64,000 nt of DNA from Deltaproteobacteria bacterium (GTDB taxonomy: Bacteria > UBA10199 > GCA-002796325 > JACPFF01). Under the pieces are notes generated by a model. The model was not told the DNA's origin. It was given only the letters and a program-made list of their open reading frames with translations, and did no database searches. The translations under genes and the position numbers were made by a program. The stretch is taken from assembly GCA_016183065.1 (NCBI GenBank), contig JACPFF010000005.1, positions 21 through 64,020 on the forward strand, written 5' to 3'. Shown here in pieces: positions 19,449 to 28,879 of the stretch (position 1 is the stretch's first letter; each line of letters begins with the position of its first letter).

Positions 19449-20258
19449 TCAACGCATGGACGGAAACTCTGCAGCCTCGAACAACCGTTCGCAGGTATGT
19501 TTGAATCGGTGCCACCAGGAAGAGGCCGGGTCAGGAACCCGCCCTTGTGCCAAGAGGGTCGCAAAGGATTCATACGAGACCGTCAGGGGATCCCGCGTAT
19601 CATAGGGATGGAACCGCACGCGCACGGCAACGGGTGTGTCGTAAATCTGTTGCACCCGCTCTGCATCGCTCCCCGCTGGCAGAGAACGCAGCATATTGCC
19701 ATCGACGCAATAGACCCGCACGGTCTCGTCGCGCATGGTCCGTCCCATCATGAAGTTGCCCAATAAAAGATCTTCCGAGGTCAATCCGGCAGCAGCCATG
19801 CGACGCACAACAATATCCACCAATGCCTCAACCTCCATATCTATCGCACGAGACCTCGCAAGCGCTGCCAGCGTCACGCCATAGACACGTTCTTTCACCA
19901 GGAGAAAATCTGGACCCAGGCGATGCAGTCCAAAGGAGCGCGGTCCCACATCCAAGCCGGCCAATCGTCCACTGACGATGGCATCCTCCTCAATCGTCGC
20001 TTCGCGAGATTGGCCATCACCCATCATCAACATGCCGAATGAATGTATCGCCAACTTGATCACCGCGGAGGGGGCATGGGGATGTTCAAACACCTTCCCC
20101 AATGAGCCGGCCCCGAGACACCGTAATCGCCTGCCGTTCCACGTCAGGCGCCTCCCGCGCACCTGAATGCCCGACACGTTGTCGGGCTGGCCCGGGGCAC
20201 CACTCGGTATCACACAGTGTCGGCGCCAGCCATCCTGTCGGCCACATCGCATGCCCAC
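19449..20258 (-). CDS. Orphan atypical protein kinase-like protein
   Basis: LGAGSLGKVF, AVIKL, EDLLLGNFM, CVDGN. In-frame GTG at 20258 is 7 nt after the promoter motif; ATG 20252 is an alternative start. Confidence 0.65.
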   Translation of the reverse strand: MGMRCGRQDGWRRHCVIPSGAPGQPDNVSGIQVRGRRLTWNGRRLRCLGAGSLGKVFEHPHAPSAVIKLAIHSFGMLMMGDGQSREATIEEDAIVSGRLAGLDVGPRSFGLHRLGPDFLLVKERVYGVTLAALARSRAIDMEVEALVDIVVRRMAAAGLTSEDLLLGNFMMGRTMRDETVRVYCVDGNMLRSLPAGSDAERVQQIYDTPVAVRVRFHPYDTRDPLTVSYESFATLLAQGRVPDPASSWWHRFKHTCERLFEAAEFPSMR

Positions 20259-20265
20259 ATTTATA

Positions 20266-20292
20266 TTATCGGCAGATCGGGAAAAAAGTTGC
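20266..20292 (-). promoter_or_regulatory. Sigma28-like promoter motif
   Basis: GCAACT-N13-GCCGATAA. Confidence 0.75.
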
Positions 20293-20394
20293 ATGACAGC
20301 CGTCAGGGGTGCTTGCGGTCGGGTCTGTTGTCACATAATCATAGGGTTACCAATGGTTCTCCCCCCCTATTTATTATTCTTTGAATTTATGTTT

Positions 20395-20425
20395 TGGTAT
20401 TGCTATCTATTTAATAGTAATACCA
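20395..20425. promoter_or_regulatory. Inverted-repeat operator of abiE
   Basis: TGGTATTGCTA-N9-TAGTAATACCA directly before ATG 20428; AbiEi antitoxins autoregulate via inverted repeats. Confidence 0.65.
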
Positions 20426-20427
20426 CA

Positions 20428-21079
20428 ATGAAACAAACTGACCTTACACTCTTGAAAGACTTGCCCTTCTTCTCACTTGCCGCGCTCAAGGGGCTAGAAC
20501 GTATTTCCACAAAAGCCCTCTATGGAGAATATCCAGCGTTGGATACGAAAAAACCATCTCATACGGCTAAAAAATGGCCTTTATGTCACCCGGTGCTATC
20601 TTGATCGCGCCGGCAATGATCCGCATTATCGAGAACTCGTGGCCAATACGCTCCTATTTCCCTCCTATCTCAGCACCGAGTACGTGCTGCAAAAGCACAA
20701 CCTGTTGACAGACATCTCATGGCCCCTCACCTCGATGACCCTGAAAACACCACGGCGCTTTACCAATCCGTTCGGGAGTTTCATCTACCATCACTTACAG
20801 CCTCGACTCTATTTTGGTTTCGAAAAACATGGCTATGGTCAGCATCCCATTTACGAAGCCACCATACCGAAAGCCCTCTTCGATCTTTTTTATCTGCGCC
20901 TCCCCCAGCTGGAGACGACCAATGTGGCCACCATTGAGGAACTCCGATTGACCTGGTCTGAATTGCCACGAAAAGCCTTTGCCGTGTTCTGTCGGCTGAT
21001 CACGCAAAGCGGTATTAAGAAAATGGAGCAGATGATTCCGCAGCTCATGGAGGTCTATGATGCCAACGCTCGTCGATGA
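20428..21079 (+). pseudogene. AbiEi type IV antitoxin with +1 frameshift at about 20524
   Basis: MKQTDLTLLKDLPFFS...ALY in one frame, ENIQRW...LKNGLY...PSYLSTEYVL...KALFD in the next. Confidence 0.75.
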
Positions 21080-22250
21080 ACTGGCACAGGTAGCCCATGA
21101 GGCGAAACACCAGGGGATTTCGAGTGAAGCGATTCGCACAAAACTGAAAGAAACACTGCAGTTCTATGTCCTCGACTTCATCTACAACAGTCCAAAGTAT
21201 CAGCACTTGGTGTTTTACGGTGGCACGTGTCTACGCATCTGTTTTCGTTTGAACCGGATGTCAGAGGAGATTGATTTTGAAACGACAACACCTTTTGACA
21301 AAAAACAATTTGCGCACGACGTCTCCCAACACTTTCAACAAAAAATTCAATATCGCAACATGTGCGCTGTCACTCCAGGCGCCAGCCTCCAGCGGATCGA
21401 ATTGAAATTTCCTCTGTTACACACCTTGGGTCTCTCTCAACACGAAGCCGCAAATTTGATCGTCAAAGTGGAGGTCAATCAAACCCAACACGTCTATCCT
21501 ACGGCGGTCAAAACCGTCTCACAAGATCGGCTGAGCTTCATCATCCGACATTACGATCTCCCCACGTTGATGGCGGGGAAAATGTGTGCCTGCCTGCATC
21601 GCGTATGGGAAAAACGGGGTGTCATCGTCAAGGGCCGCGACTATTACGATTTAGTGTGGTACATGCAAAAGGCTATTCTGCCAAATCGCGAACGGCTCGC
21701 GGCGTCCGGCACACAGACTATTGGTGGTGCGTTTGAGGAGATTCGCGCAAAGGTACACACGATCAAGCCGGCCCATCTCGTGGCCGACTTGGAGATTCTT
21801 TTTGAAAACTCCGTCTTTCCTCGACGCTGGGCTGCAACATTTTCGGAGGAATTTGAACAATTGTATCAGCAGTATGCAGCCGCTCCATTTGTTGATGAAT
21901 GCGATGAAAAAAGCTGGAGCGATTTCGTCAGAGATACGTTTATCGTGCAACTCAAGTACCGCAATCTGAAGGGCCGCTCGCTCACTTTCCGGTTTCATTT
22001 TTCAAAGGAATGGATCGCCAACGAGGCAAGGGAGGAGATGGATACGTTATTAGGCTTATTAAAGCAGAAGATCGGGCGATTCATCGACCACGAAGATTAC
22101 CGCAACCTCATTCCGGGAGAATGGCCAGTCAAAATGATGGTGACACACGGAACAAGAAAATTTGACGCAACCTCGATGGTCGCGTTGCGCTTCCAAGAAT
22201 TGCAAAACTGTTCATTGCAAGACCTATTAGCGAAACGCGAAACCCTATGA
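21057..22250 (+). CDS. AbiEii nucleotidyltransferase toxin with C-terminal extension
   Basis: FYGGTCLR...RMSEEIDF and KGRDYYDL. Confidence 0.9.
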   Translation: MMPTLVDELAQVAHEAKHQGISSEAIRTKLKETLQFYVLDFIYNSPKYQHLVFYGGTCLRICFRLNRMSEEIDFETTTPFDKKQFAHDVSQHFQQKIQYRNMCAVTPGASLQRIELKFPLLHTLGLSQHEAANLIVKVEVNQTQHVYPTAVKTVSQDRLSFIIRHYDLPTLMAGKMCACLHRVWEKRGVIVKGRDYYDLVWYMQKAILPNRERLAASGTQTIGGAFEEIRAKVHTIKPAHLVADLEILFENSVFPRRWAATFSEEFEQLYQQYAAAPFVDECDEKSWSDFVRDTFIVQLKYRNLKGRSLTFRFHFSKEWIANEAREEMDTLLGLLKQKIGRFIDHEDYRNLIPGEWPVKMMVTHGTRKFDATSMVALRFQELQNCSLQDLLAKRETL

Positions 22251-22298
22251 TTCCCCAACAGCGCAAACCCCGCACAGCGACGCACGTGCCGACAGACC

Positions 22299-23147
22299 CT
22301 ATGACCTCGTCTTTGACGAGGGACGCTCTTCGGCAATCGCTCTCTGGCTGAGGGGATAATCCGTGACGACCTCATACGACCTACCGTTGTCCCTCTCGTT
22401 ATCCATGTAGGGGATATCCCCGATGAGCGTCCCGGTGGATGGGTCGCGTCGCAGAGTCCCGGTGGAGAACTCCGTCCGGGCCGTTCCGGGATCGCGAAAT
22501 GTGTAAGTCTCCGTGGCCGGGTCATATCCGTCAATGAGAATGAGGTGATCGAAGGGATTGGGGCCGCCCCCCTCTTCCGGCCTAAACCGGTGCACCACCA
22601 CTGCCACAGGGAGATGATGCTCCGCGACCATCTTGGTAATTCTCGCGACAGTCTCTCTGGCGTTGTCGGGATTCACCACCAGGCGCCCTTTGGCAATGGT
22701 CGGTCCCTCCAGATTCAGCACCGAGGACGTTTTCCGCAAAGTATCGTTCCCAGGGATCTCGAGTTGCCATTCCGGGGCATGCACCCGGAGGTACTCCCTG
22801 ACCATCTGCCAGACCGCATGCCGGCAATAATAGGTCCCACCATCGGGCAATCTCTTCGGAACCGCCCCCCCCGCCACCCATTTGTATTGGCTGATAAACC
22901 GGACCGGCAATTGCACCCGTTTTTCCGGGCGGAGCCAGGTCACCCACTGTGCGGCGGTATCTGCGAAACGACCCGCCTGAGACACCACCGCATCGGCCGT
23001 CGTCTCTACCGCAATTCGGGCAGCAGAGAGCACAATGGTCGCCGGATCCGGAACCCATCGCGCGAGCGAGGCGACGGCGACCCGCACACCTTCCCGAATG
23101 CCGTGCATTGCCTGACGGACCGCTCCGACCCCATCCTCGACCCGCAC
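22299..23147 (-). CDS. Orphan with C39-like papain-fold peptidase domain
   Basis: ISQY...YCRHAVWQM...DHLILIDGYD...FRDPG (Q, C, H, D order). Confidence 0.65.
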   Translation of the reverse strand: MRVEDGVGAVRQAMHGIREGVRVAVASLARWVPDPATIVLSAARIAVETTADAVVSQAGRFADTAAQWVTWLRPEKRVQLPVRFISQYKWVAGGAVPKRLPDGGTYYCRHAVWQMVREYLRVHAPEWQLEIPGNDTLRKTSSVLNLEGPTIAKGRLVVNPDNARETVARITKMVAEHHLPVAVVVHRFRPEEGGGPNPFDHLILIDGYDPATETYTFRDPGTARTEFSTGTLRRDPSTGTLIGDIPYMDNERDNGRSYEVVTDYPLSQRAIAEERPSSKTRS

Positions 23148-23177
23148 GAGGAGACCTTTCTCCCCTTATCTCTTAAG

Positions 23178-23206
23178 GTATCGGCCAATCAGATCTCTGG
23201 AGTTGC
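23178..23206 (-). promoter_or_regulatory. Sigma28-like promoter motif (longer spacer)
   Basis: GCAACT-N15-GCCGATAC. Confidence 0.55.
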
Positions 23207-23295
23207 TACGGACTTGGGGCTACGCCAGGAGTGACGCAAAAATACGCAACCCTGCAGCGCCCAGTCGGCGCTCGATTTGGCACCAGGCCATCTCT

Positions 23296-23370
23296 TGGTG
23301 GGTGCGACAGGATTTGAACCTGTGACTTCCACCGTGTGAAGGTGACACTCTACCGCTGAGTTACGCACCC
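23296..23370 (-). tRNA. tRNA-Val(CAC)
   Basis: GGGTGCG acceptor stem, anticodon loop TTCACAC, GGTTCAAATCC T-arm, encoded CCA. Confidence 0.97.
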
Positions 23371-23372
23371 AT

Positions 23373-23503
23373 TACTTTCGCGGGCCCGTCCGGTGCTCGC
23401 CGCCTCCGGCGCCTCCGCTCCTGAAGATACCCCCGGACCCCTCGCTCGCGGCCGGCACAGCCGCCGCTCGCTTCCCCCATCTTCGGTACTTTCGGGGGCC
23501 CGT
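23373..23503. repeat. GC-rich insert flanked by 17-bp direct repeats in the tRNA leader
   Basis: TACTTTCG(C/G)GGGCCCGT at 23373-23389 and 23487-23503. Confidence 0.7.
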
Positions 23504-23587
23504 TCGTAGCGCAGGCGCCACCGGAATGCAAGGGCCCCCTTTTCCCCCTTGATCCGCCCCTTCCTGCTTGGTAGGGCTCATGCCGCG

Positions 23588-24184
23588 ATGACAGAGAACA
23601 TCCTCGTGCTCGATCTCGAGACGAAGACCATCTTTGGTGATCACAGTGACCGTCGACCGGAATCGCTCGGCGTCAGCGTGGTCGGAACCTATTGTTATCG
23701 CAGTGACACCTACCGGATTTATGACGAGGCCGAAATCGGGGCTCTGGAACATCGCTTATCCGACAAGCCATTGGTCGTGGGGTTCAATATCCGCCGCTTT
23801 GACATGCCCGTGTTGAAACCGTACCTCCATTTTGATCCGGCCGCGCTCCCCATGCTCGACATATTGGAAATCATCCATGGCATCCTCGGCCATCGCGTCA
23901 GCCTGGAGAGCATTGCCCAGGCCACACTTGGCGCGGGAAAATCGGGGACGGGATTGGATGCTGTCGAATATTATCGCACCGGAGCCATGGACAAATTACG
24001 GCAGTATTGTCTTGATGATGTCAAAGTCACGCGTCAAATCTTTGAATATGGTGCGGAGCACCACGAACTCTTCTATCTGAAAAAGTTCGACCGCTCAAAG
24101 GCGCGTGTCCCCGTGGCATGGGAGGTTGCGCACCCCGATGCCACCAGTGCCGAGGCCGCACAAATCGGCCTCTTTACCGTGTGA
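23588..24184 (+). CDS. RNase H-like DEDD 3'-5' exonuclease domain protein
   Basis: LDLET, GFN..RFD, YCLDDV. Confidence 0.88.
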   Translation: MTENILVLDLETKTIFGDHSDRRPESLGVSVVGTYCYRSDTYRIYDEAEIGALEHRLSDKPLVVGFNIRRFDMPVLKPYLHFDPAALPMLDILEIIHGILGHRVSLESIAQATLGAGKSGTGLDAVEYYRTGAMDKLRQYCLDDVKVTRQIFEYGAEHHELFYLKKFDRSKARVPVAWEVAHPDATSAEAAQIGLFTV

Positions 24185-24200
24185 AGAAGGAACAGCCCCC

Positions 24201-25076
24201 ATGACCCGGAAACAACAGATCACGATTGCCCACTCGCCCGATGCCGACGATGCCTTTATGTTTTATGGATTGGCCGCCGGTCATGTGGGGCATCCAGATA
24301 TCGCATATACCCATGTCCTGCGCGATATTCAAACGCTGAACGAATCGGCCCGCGAGGGGCGCTATGCCGTCACCGCCCTTTCGGTGCATGCCTATGCCTA
24401 TGTCAGCGACCGCTATGCCCTGCTCCGCAGCGGGGCGAGCATGGGGGAAGCCGACTATGGCCCCATGGTGGTCGCCCGTTCGCCGATGAAGCGCGAGGTG
24501 CTCCGCAAGACGGTCATTGCGATTCCGGGCTCCCTCACCACGGCGACGCTCCTCCTGCACCTGGCCTTCGCACACTCCGAAGACGGCGCGGGGCCCTCCG
24601 GCCCGCCGCTTGAAACCATCCCCCTCCCGTTTGATCAGATTCTGCCGGCCGTGGTTGCGGGAAAAGTGGCGGCCGGACTCCTCATTCATGAAGGCCAATT
24701 GACGTATGCACAATCCGGTCTGGTCAATGTCCTCCCGCTCTACACGTGGTGGCACGAGACCTATCACCTCCCGATGCCACTCGGGGTGAACGGGATCCGG
24801 CGGGATCTCGATCCCCTGTTGCAACAGCAGATTGCGCGGGACCTGCGGGCCTCGATCGAGTACGGTCTGGCGCATCGGGAGGCCGCGTTGACCCATGCCG
24901 CACGCTATGCCGACGGTATGGCCCCCGCGCTGATCGATCGCTTCGTCGGCATGTATGTCAATCACCGGACCGTGGCCATGGGCGATGCAGAGGCAACGGC
25001 GATTGCCACGCTCCTCGATGTCGCGAACGGGCACGGGTTGATTCCCGCGCGCCCATCGCTGGCATGGGTGGGATAA
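24201..25076 (+). CDS. mqnD: 1,4-dihydroxy-6-naphthoate synthase
   Basis: HSPDADDAFMFY, IHEGQLTY, PLG, FVGMYVN. Confidence 0.92.
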   Translation: MTRKQQITIAHSPDADDAFMFYGLAAGHVGHPDIAYTHVLRDIQTLNESAREGRYAVTALSVHAYAYVSDRYALLRSGASMGEADYGPMVVARSPMKREVLRKTVIAIPGSLTTATLLLHLAFAHSEDGAGPSGPPLETIPLPFDQILPAVVAGKVAAGLLIHEGQLTYAQSGLVNVLPLYTWWHETYHLPMPLGVNGIRRDLDPLLQQQIARDLRASIEYGLAHREAALTHAARYADGMAPALIDRFVGMYVNHRTVAMGDAEATAIATLLDVANGHGLIPARPSLAWVG

Positions 25077-25100
25077 CGGCAAGAGAGCGATGGAAGAACT

Positions 25101-26048
25101 ATGGGAAAACCTTTTGATGCACTCGTAATCGGCGCGGGACCTGCCGGGACTGCTGCGGCCCTCTATGTGGCACGAAGCGGATGGCGCACGTTGGTCATCG
25201 ACCAGGGCCTGGCAGATGGCGCACTGGGGCAGATGCGGCAGATCATCGATTTTCCCGGGGTCGGCGATAAACCCTCGGGCGAGGCCCTGATCAAGCGAAT
25301 GCGGTGGCAGGCCAAGGATGCCGGTGCGGATATCCGCGAGGGGACCGTCACCGGTGTGGCCCTGGGAGAAAGCGGCCGCCTGGTCATGATGCACGATCAC
25401 CGTGGCGAACAGCAATTCGAGGCGGAGACCGTGGTGCTGGCGACCGGATGCAGTGACATGGGCGAGGGACTCCCGGGGGAAGTCGCGCTCCGCGGCAAGG
25501 GGGTCTGCTACAGCGTCCTGCGGGATGGCTATGCCTATAAACAACAATCCGTGGCCATTTTCGGCAAAACGGTGAAGGCCATCGAGGCCGCGGTCCATCT
25601 GGCGCGCATGGCCCGCGATGTCACGTTTATTGTCCCCGGCAACCGCCTCGATGCCCCCGATCCCCTGAAAGAGCAGCTCCAGAACGCCACCAATGTGCAG
25701 GTCCTGTATAGCGCGAGCGTGAAAGAGATCACCGGCAATGGCACGGTCCAGGGGGCCGTTGTCATGAGCGGTGGCCAGGAAAAGACTGTGGCGATTTCCG
25801 CCATCTTTCTCTGTCATCATGAAGGGCGCATCCGCGCGGAATATCTCGGTACCACGATCGAGCGCGGTCCGAATGGCGTGGTCCTCGTCGACGAGCAGCT
25901 CGCCACGAGCGCACCGGGTGTTTTTGCATGCGGCGATATCCTGACGGGGACGCCGCAGATCCCGTTGGTGGTCGCGGCCCAGGGGATCATGGTGGCCACG
26001 AATATCCACCGCCGGCTCCTTGCGGCGCCGGCGCGTCCCCGGGGATAA
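25101..26048 (+). CDS. Thioredoxin-reductase-like flavoprotein lacking CxxC
   Basis: GAGPAG, LATG, GVFACGD; CYSVLRDG at the YCATCDG position. Confidence 0.85.
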   Translation: MGKPFDALVIGAGPAGTAAALYVARSGWRTLVIDQGLADGALGQMRQIIDFPGVGDKPSGEALIKRMRWQAKDAGADIREGTVTGVALGESGRLVMMHDHRGEQQFEAETVVLATGCSDMGEGLPGEVALRGKGVCYSVLRDGYAYKQQSVAIFGKTVKAIEAAVHLARMARDVTFIVPGNRLDAPDPLKEQLQNATNVQVLYSASVKEITGNGTVQGAVVMSGGQEKTVAISAIFLCHHEGRIRAEYLGTTIERGPNGVVLVDEQLATSAPGVFACGDILTGTPQIPLVVAAQGIMVATNIHRRLLAAPARPRG

Positions 26049-26052
26049 TCAG

Positions 26053-26682
26053 ATGACACCACACATCGTACAACTGGCCATCGGCCCAATGCAGAATTTT
26101 GCGTATCTCCTGGCCGATCTGCAGCACCATGTCGCTGCCGTGATCGATCCGGGATGGGAAGCGGAGCAGTTACATCGGGCAGCGACCGGGATCGCGTGTA
26201 CGGTGACGCAGATCCTCCTCACCCACACCCACTTTGATCATATGGATGCCGTGACGGCCCTCCAGGAGCTCACCCATGCGCCGGTTTTTGTGCACGAAAC
26301 CGAGCGTTTCCGTGTGAACACCGCGGGGCCGTGTCACGCCCTGCACGATGGCCAGCAATTCCAGATCGGCACGCTCTCCGTGGAAGTGCTGCACACGCCG
26401 GGACACAGCCCTGGCGGGGTCTCTTTTCTCACAGCCAATACCTGTTTCACGGGGGACACCCTCTTCGTCGATGGCTGCGGTCGGGTGGACCTCCCCGGAT
26501 CGGACCCCCATGCGATGTTCCGGTCGCTTCGCCGACTCGCCGCACTCCCCGCGGGGACCATCATCTATCCGGGCCATGACTACGGGCCCACGCCGACCAG
26601 CACGATCGGGGCACAAAAAGAGAGAAACCCCTATTTGCGTGCCGAGACCGAAGCAGAGTTTTTTCACAATCGAGTGGAGTAA
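26053..26682 (+). CDS. MBL-fold hydrolase (glyoxalase II-like)
   Basis: THTHFDH, TPGHSPG, GDTLF, PGHDY. Confidence 0.92.
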   Translation: MTPHIVQLAIGPMQNFAYLLADLQHHVAAVIDPGWEAEQLHRAATGIACTVTQILLTHTHFDHMDAVTALQELTHAPVFVHETERFRVNTAGPCHALHDGQQFQIGTLSVEVLHTPGHSPGGVSFLTANTCFTGDTLFVDGCGRVDLPGSDPHAMFRSLRRLAALPAGTIIYPGHDYGPTPTSTIGAQKERNPYLRAETEAEFFHNRVE

Positions 26683-26687
26683 ACGCA

Positions 26688-27746
26688 CTAAAGGGTCCCC
26701 GACCTTCCCGCGACACGTGCGAGGGGACCGCGCTTCATTGGCGTCATTCCCATGCTGCGCACCCAGCCGAGGACCGTGTTGATATTGTTTTCGATGATCG
26801 CCCCGGCGAGTTGGGTCACCTGATCTTCCAGTGGAATATCGAAATCGTGCGCACCGGCGAGCAGTGCCCGTGCGCCATCGCGGTGCTGCGTCAACATGGA
26901 AGTCCGGATCATCGGGAGATTGTCGAGATAGAGCCGGGAGATGGCGACCGTCCGCAGATAATCCTCCTGCGTCGTGCGCGCCCCGCCCAGCGCGGTATTG
27001 TCGCTCTGGTACGTCCAGAGGAGAAAACTCGCGAATCCCCCGGTCTCGTCCTGCAAGGCACGGATATGCCGCAGATGCTCCACGCGCGCCTCGCACTCCT
27101 CGCCAAAGCCGATCACCATGGTCGCGGTCGTCCCAAAACCGAGGCGCTGTGCCATCCGCATGGCATCGAGATATTCGGCCACTGTATATTTTTTTGGCGA
27201 CAGGCGGCGACGCCAGACATCCGTCAGGATCTCCGCACCACCGCCGGGAATCCAACGAAGGCCGGCGTCATAGAGACGTCGCAGGGCGACTTCGAGCGAA
27301 ATTTTCGAGATCCGCGCGATGAAGAGCACCTCGACAATGGTCGGACCGTAGATTTCGATCACGTCTCCGTACCGATCGCGGACCGCGCGAAACATCGCCT
27401 CATAGTGTTCCACATGGAGATGGGGATTGAATCCGCCTTCCATGGCCACCAAGGTCCCGCCGGCGGCCACGAGTTCGTCGAGTTTTGCAAAGATCGCGTC
27501 GTGCGTGAGGACATAGCCCTCCGGATGCTTTGGACGCCGATAAAAGGCGCAATAGAGACAATCCGCGACGCAGATATTGGTGTAACTCACAATCCGCATG
27601 ATCGTGTAGCTGGCGGCATGTGCCGGATAGAATGTCCCGCGCACGGCATGGGCCCGTGCGCAGAGTTCATCCAGCGGCGCACGATGAAAGAGCTCCAGCG
27701 CGTCGGCATCGGTCAATCGCATGGCATTCGCCGTGTCCGATGGCAT
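26688..27746 (-). CDS. mqnC: CofH/MqnC-family radical SAM enzyme (probable cyclic dehypoxanthine futalosine synthase)
   Basis: YTNICVADCLYCAF, IPGGGAEIL, TATM.G, SRLYLDN; near mqnD. Confidence 0.82.
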   Translation of the reverse strand: MPSDTANAMRLTDADALELFHRAPLDELCARAHAVRGTFYPAHAASYTIMRIVSYTNICVADCLYCAFYRRPKHPEGYVLTHDAIFAKLDELVAAGGTLVAMEGGFNPHLHVEHYEAMFRAVRDRYGDVIEIYGPTIVEVLFIARISKISLEVALRRLYDAGLRWIPGGGAEILTDVWRRRLSPKKYTVAEYLDAMRMAQRLGFGTTATMVIGFGEECEARVEHLRHIRALQDETGGFASFLLWTYQSDNTALGGARTTQEDYLRTVAISRLYLDNLPMIRTSMLTQHRDGARALLAGAHDFDIPLEDQVTQLAGAIIENNINTVLGWVRSMGMTPMKRGPLARVAGRSGTL

Positions 27747-27812
27747 ATTCCACTTATACCGTCAAGCAGGGGAGGATTGACACGTTTGTGGCGACTCCAG
27801 TAAAGTATATCG

Positions 27813-28085
27813 ATGGCCAAGGCAAAATCTCCACAGAGGCCTTCCGGGCCATCCCCTGAGACCAATGCCATGGAGATCAGCATCTCAGAAGATGAATTGA
27901 TCCGTGGCCTGCTCGATGCCCAAGGGAAGAGCGTCGAGATCATCGCCTTTGGGATTGCCTATTCCGGGCTGCTGACCCGCGTCGATGTCCGCGGCGGCTC
28001 TGTCGTCATCGTCGATGGTGAAACCGAGGCAACCCTGGAATTTGAACGGATCGAGGCTTTTCGGCTCCTCAACCCAGCACGATAG
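27813..28085 (+). CDS. Small hypothetical protein, possible Sm/LSm-like fold
   Basis: TTGACA-18-TAAAGT promoter 6 nt before ATG; helix followed by short beta strands. Confidence 0.6.
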   Translation: MAKAKSPQRPSGPSPETNAMEISISEDELIRGLLDAQGKSVEIIAFGIAYSGLLTRVDVRGGSVVIVDGETEATLEFERIEAFRLLNPAR

Positions 28086-28099
28086 TAATAGGAGGAGAC

Positions 28100-28879
28100 G
28101 TGGCAGTCATTACCCTCACCAGCGACTTCGGGTATCGCGATGGCTATGTGGGTGCGATGAAGGGCGTCATTGCGACGATCGCGCCCGAGGCCCGGATCAT
28201 GGACATTGCCCACGATGTGCCCATGCAGGATGTTGTCCACGGCGCCTTTGTCCTGGCCCAGGCGGTCCCCTTTTTTCCCGCCGGTACGATCCATGTGGGA
28301 GTCATCGATCCCGGTGTGGGCGGGAACCGCAAACCGATCTGTGTCTGTGCCGATGGGCAATTGTTTGTCGGACCCGACAATGGACTCTTCGCGGTCTGTG
28401 CGCATCAATCGAAAAAATGGGCCGCGCATCAGCTGACCCACGCGGAATACTTCCGCCCCGACGTGAGCCGCACATTTCATGGTCGCGATATTTTTGCCGC
28501 AGTCGCGGCCCACCTGGCTCGCGGTGTCCCGCTGGAAGCTCTGGGGCCCTCTTTTCCCAATCCGTTGCCGCTCGAACTGCCGCAACTCACCACGGATGAC
28601 ACCTCGATTGTCGGTGAAGTCATCTACATCGATCATTTTGGCAACGCGATCACGAACATCCGACGCGAAAACCTCCCCTCTGCGAAACCTCGGATTCTCA
28701 GACTTCTGGCCGGTGGACGGGAAATCGCCGGCGTGGTCGAGACCTATGAAGATGTCGCACATGGCGCCGCGTTGGCCCTGATCGATAGTGCCGGCCTGCT
28801 CGAAATCGCCATTCGCGATGGACGCGCCGCCCGCGAACTCGATCTCCACCGTGGCAGTCCCGTGGTGGTCCATCCATGA
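28100..28879 (+). CDS. SAM hydroxide adenosyltransferase (DUF62)
   Basis: TSDFG, IDPGVG.NR, GPDNG, TFHGRD, IDHFGN. Confidence 0.93.
   Translation: MAVITLTSDFGYRDGYVGAMKGVIATIAPEARIMDIAHDVPMQDVVHGAFVLAQAVPFFPAGTIHVGVIDPGVGGNRKPICVCADGQLFVGPDNGLFAVCAHQSKKWAAHQLTHAEYFRPDVSRTFHGRDIFAAVAAHLARGVPLEALGPSFPNPLPLELPQLTTDDTSIVGEVIYIDHFGNAITNIRRENLPSAKPRILRLLAGGREIAGVVETYEDVAHGAALALIDSAGLLEIAIRDGRAARELDLHRGSPVVVHP

Noticed and set aside
24174-26009. 611-aa minus-strand ORF
   Set aside because: Antisense shadow of mqnD and the trxB-like gene in GC-rich DNA
28100-28879. Fluorinase linked to the crcB fluoride channel
   Set aside because: Has the Asp/Arg/His pattern (TFHGRD) of DUF62 hydrolases and lies 22 kb from crcB
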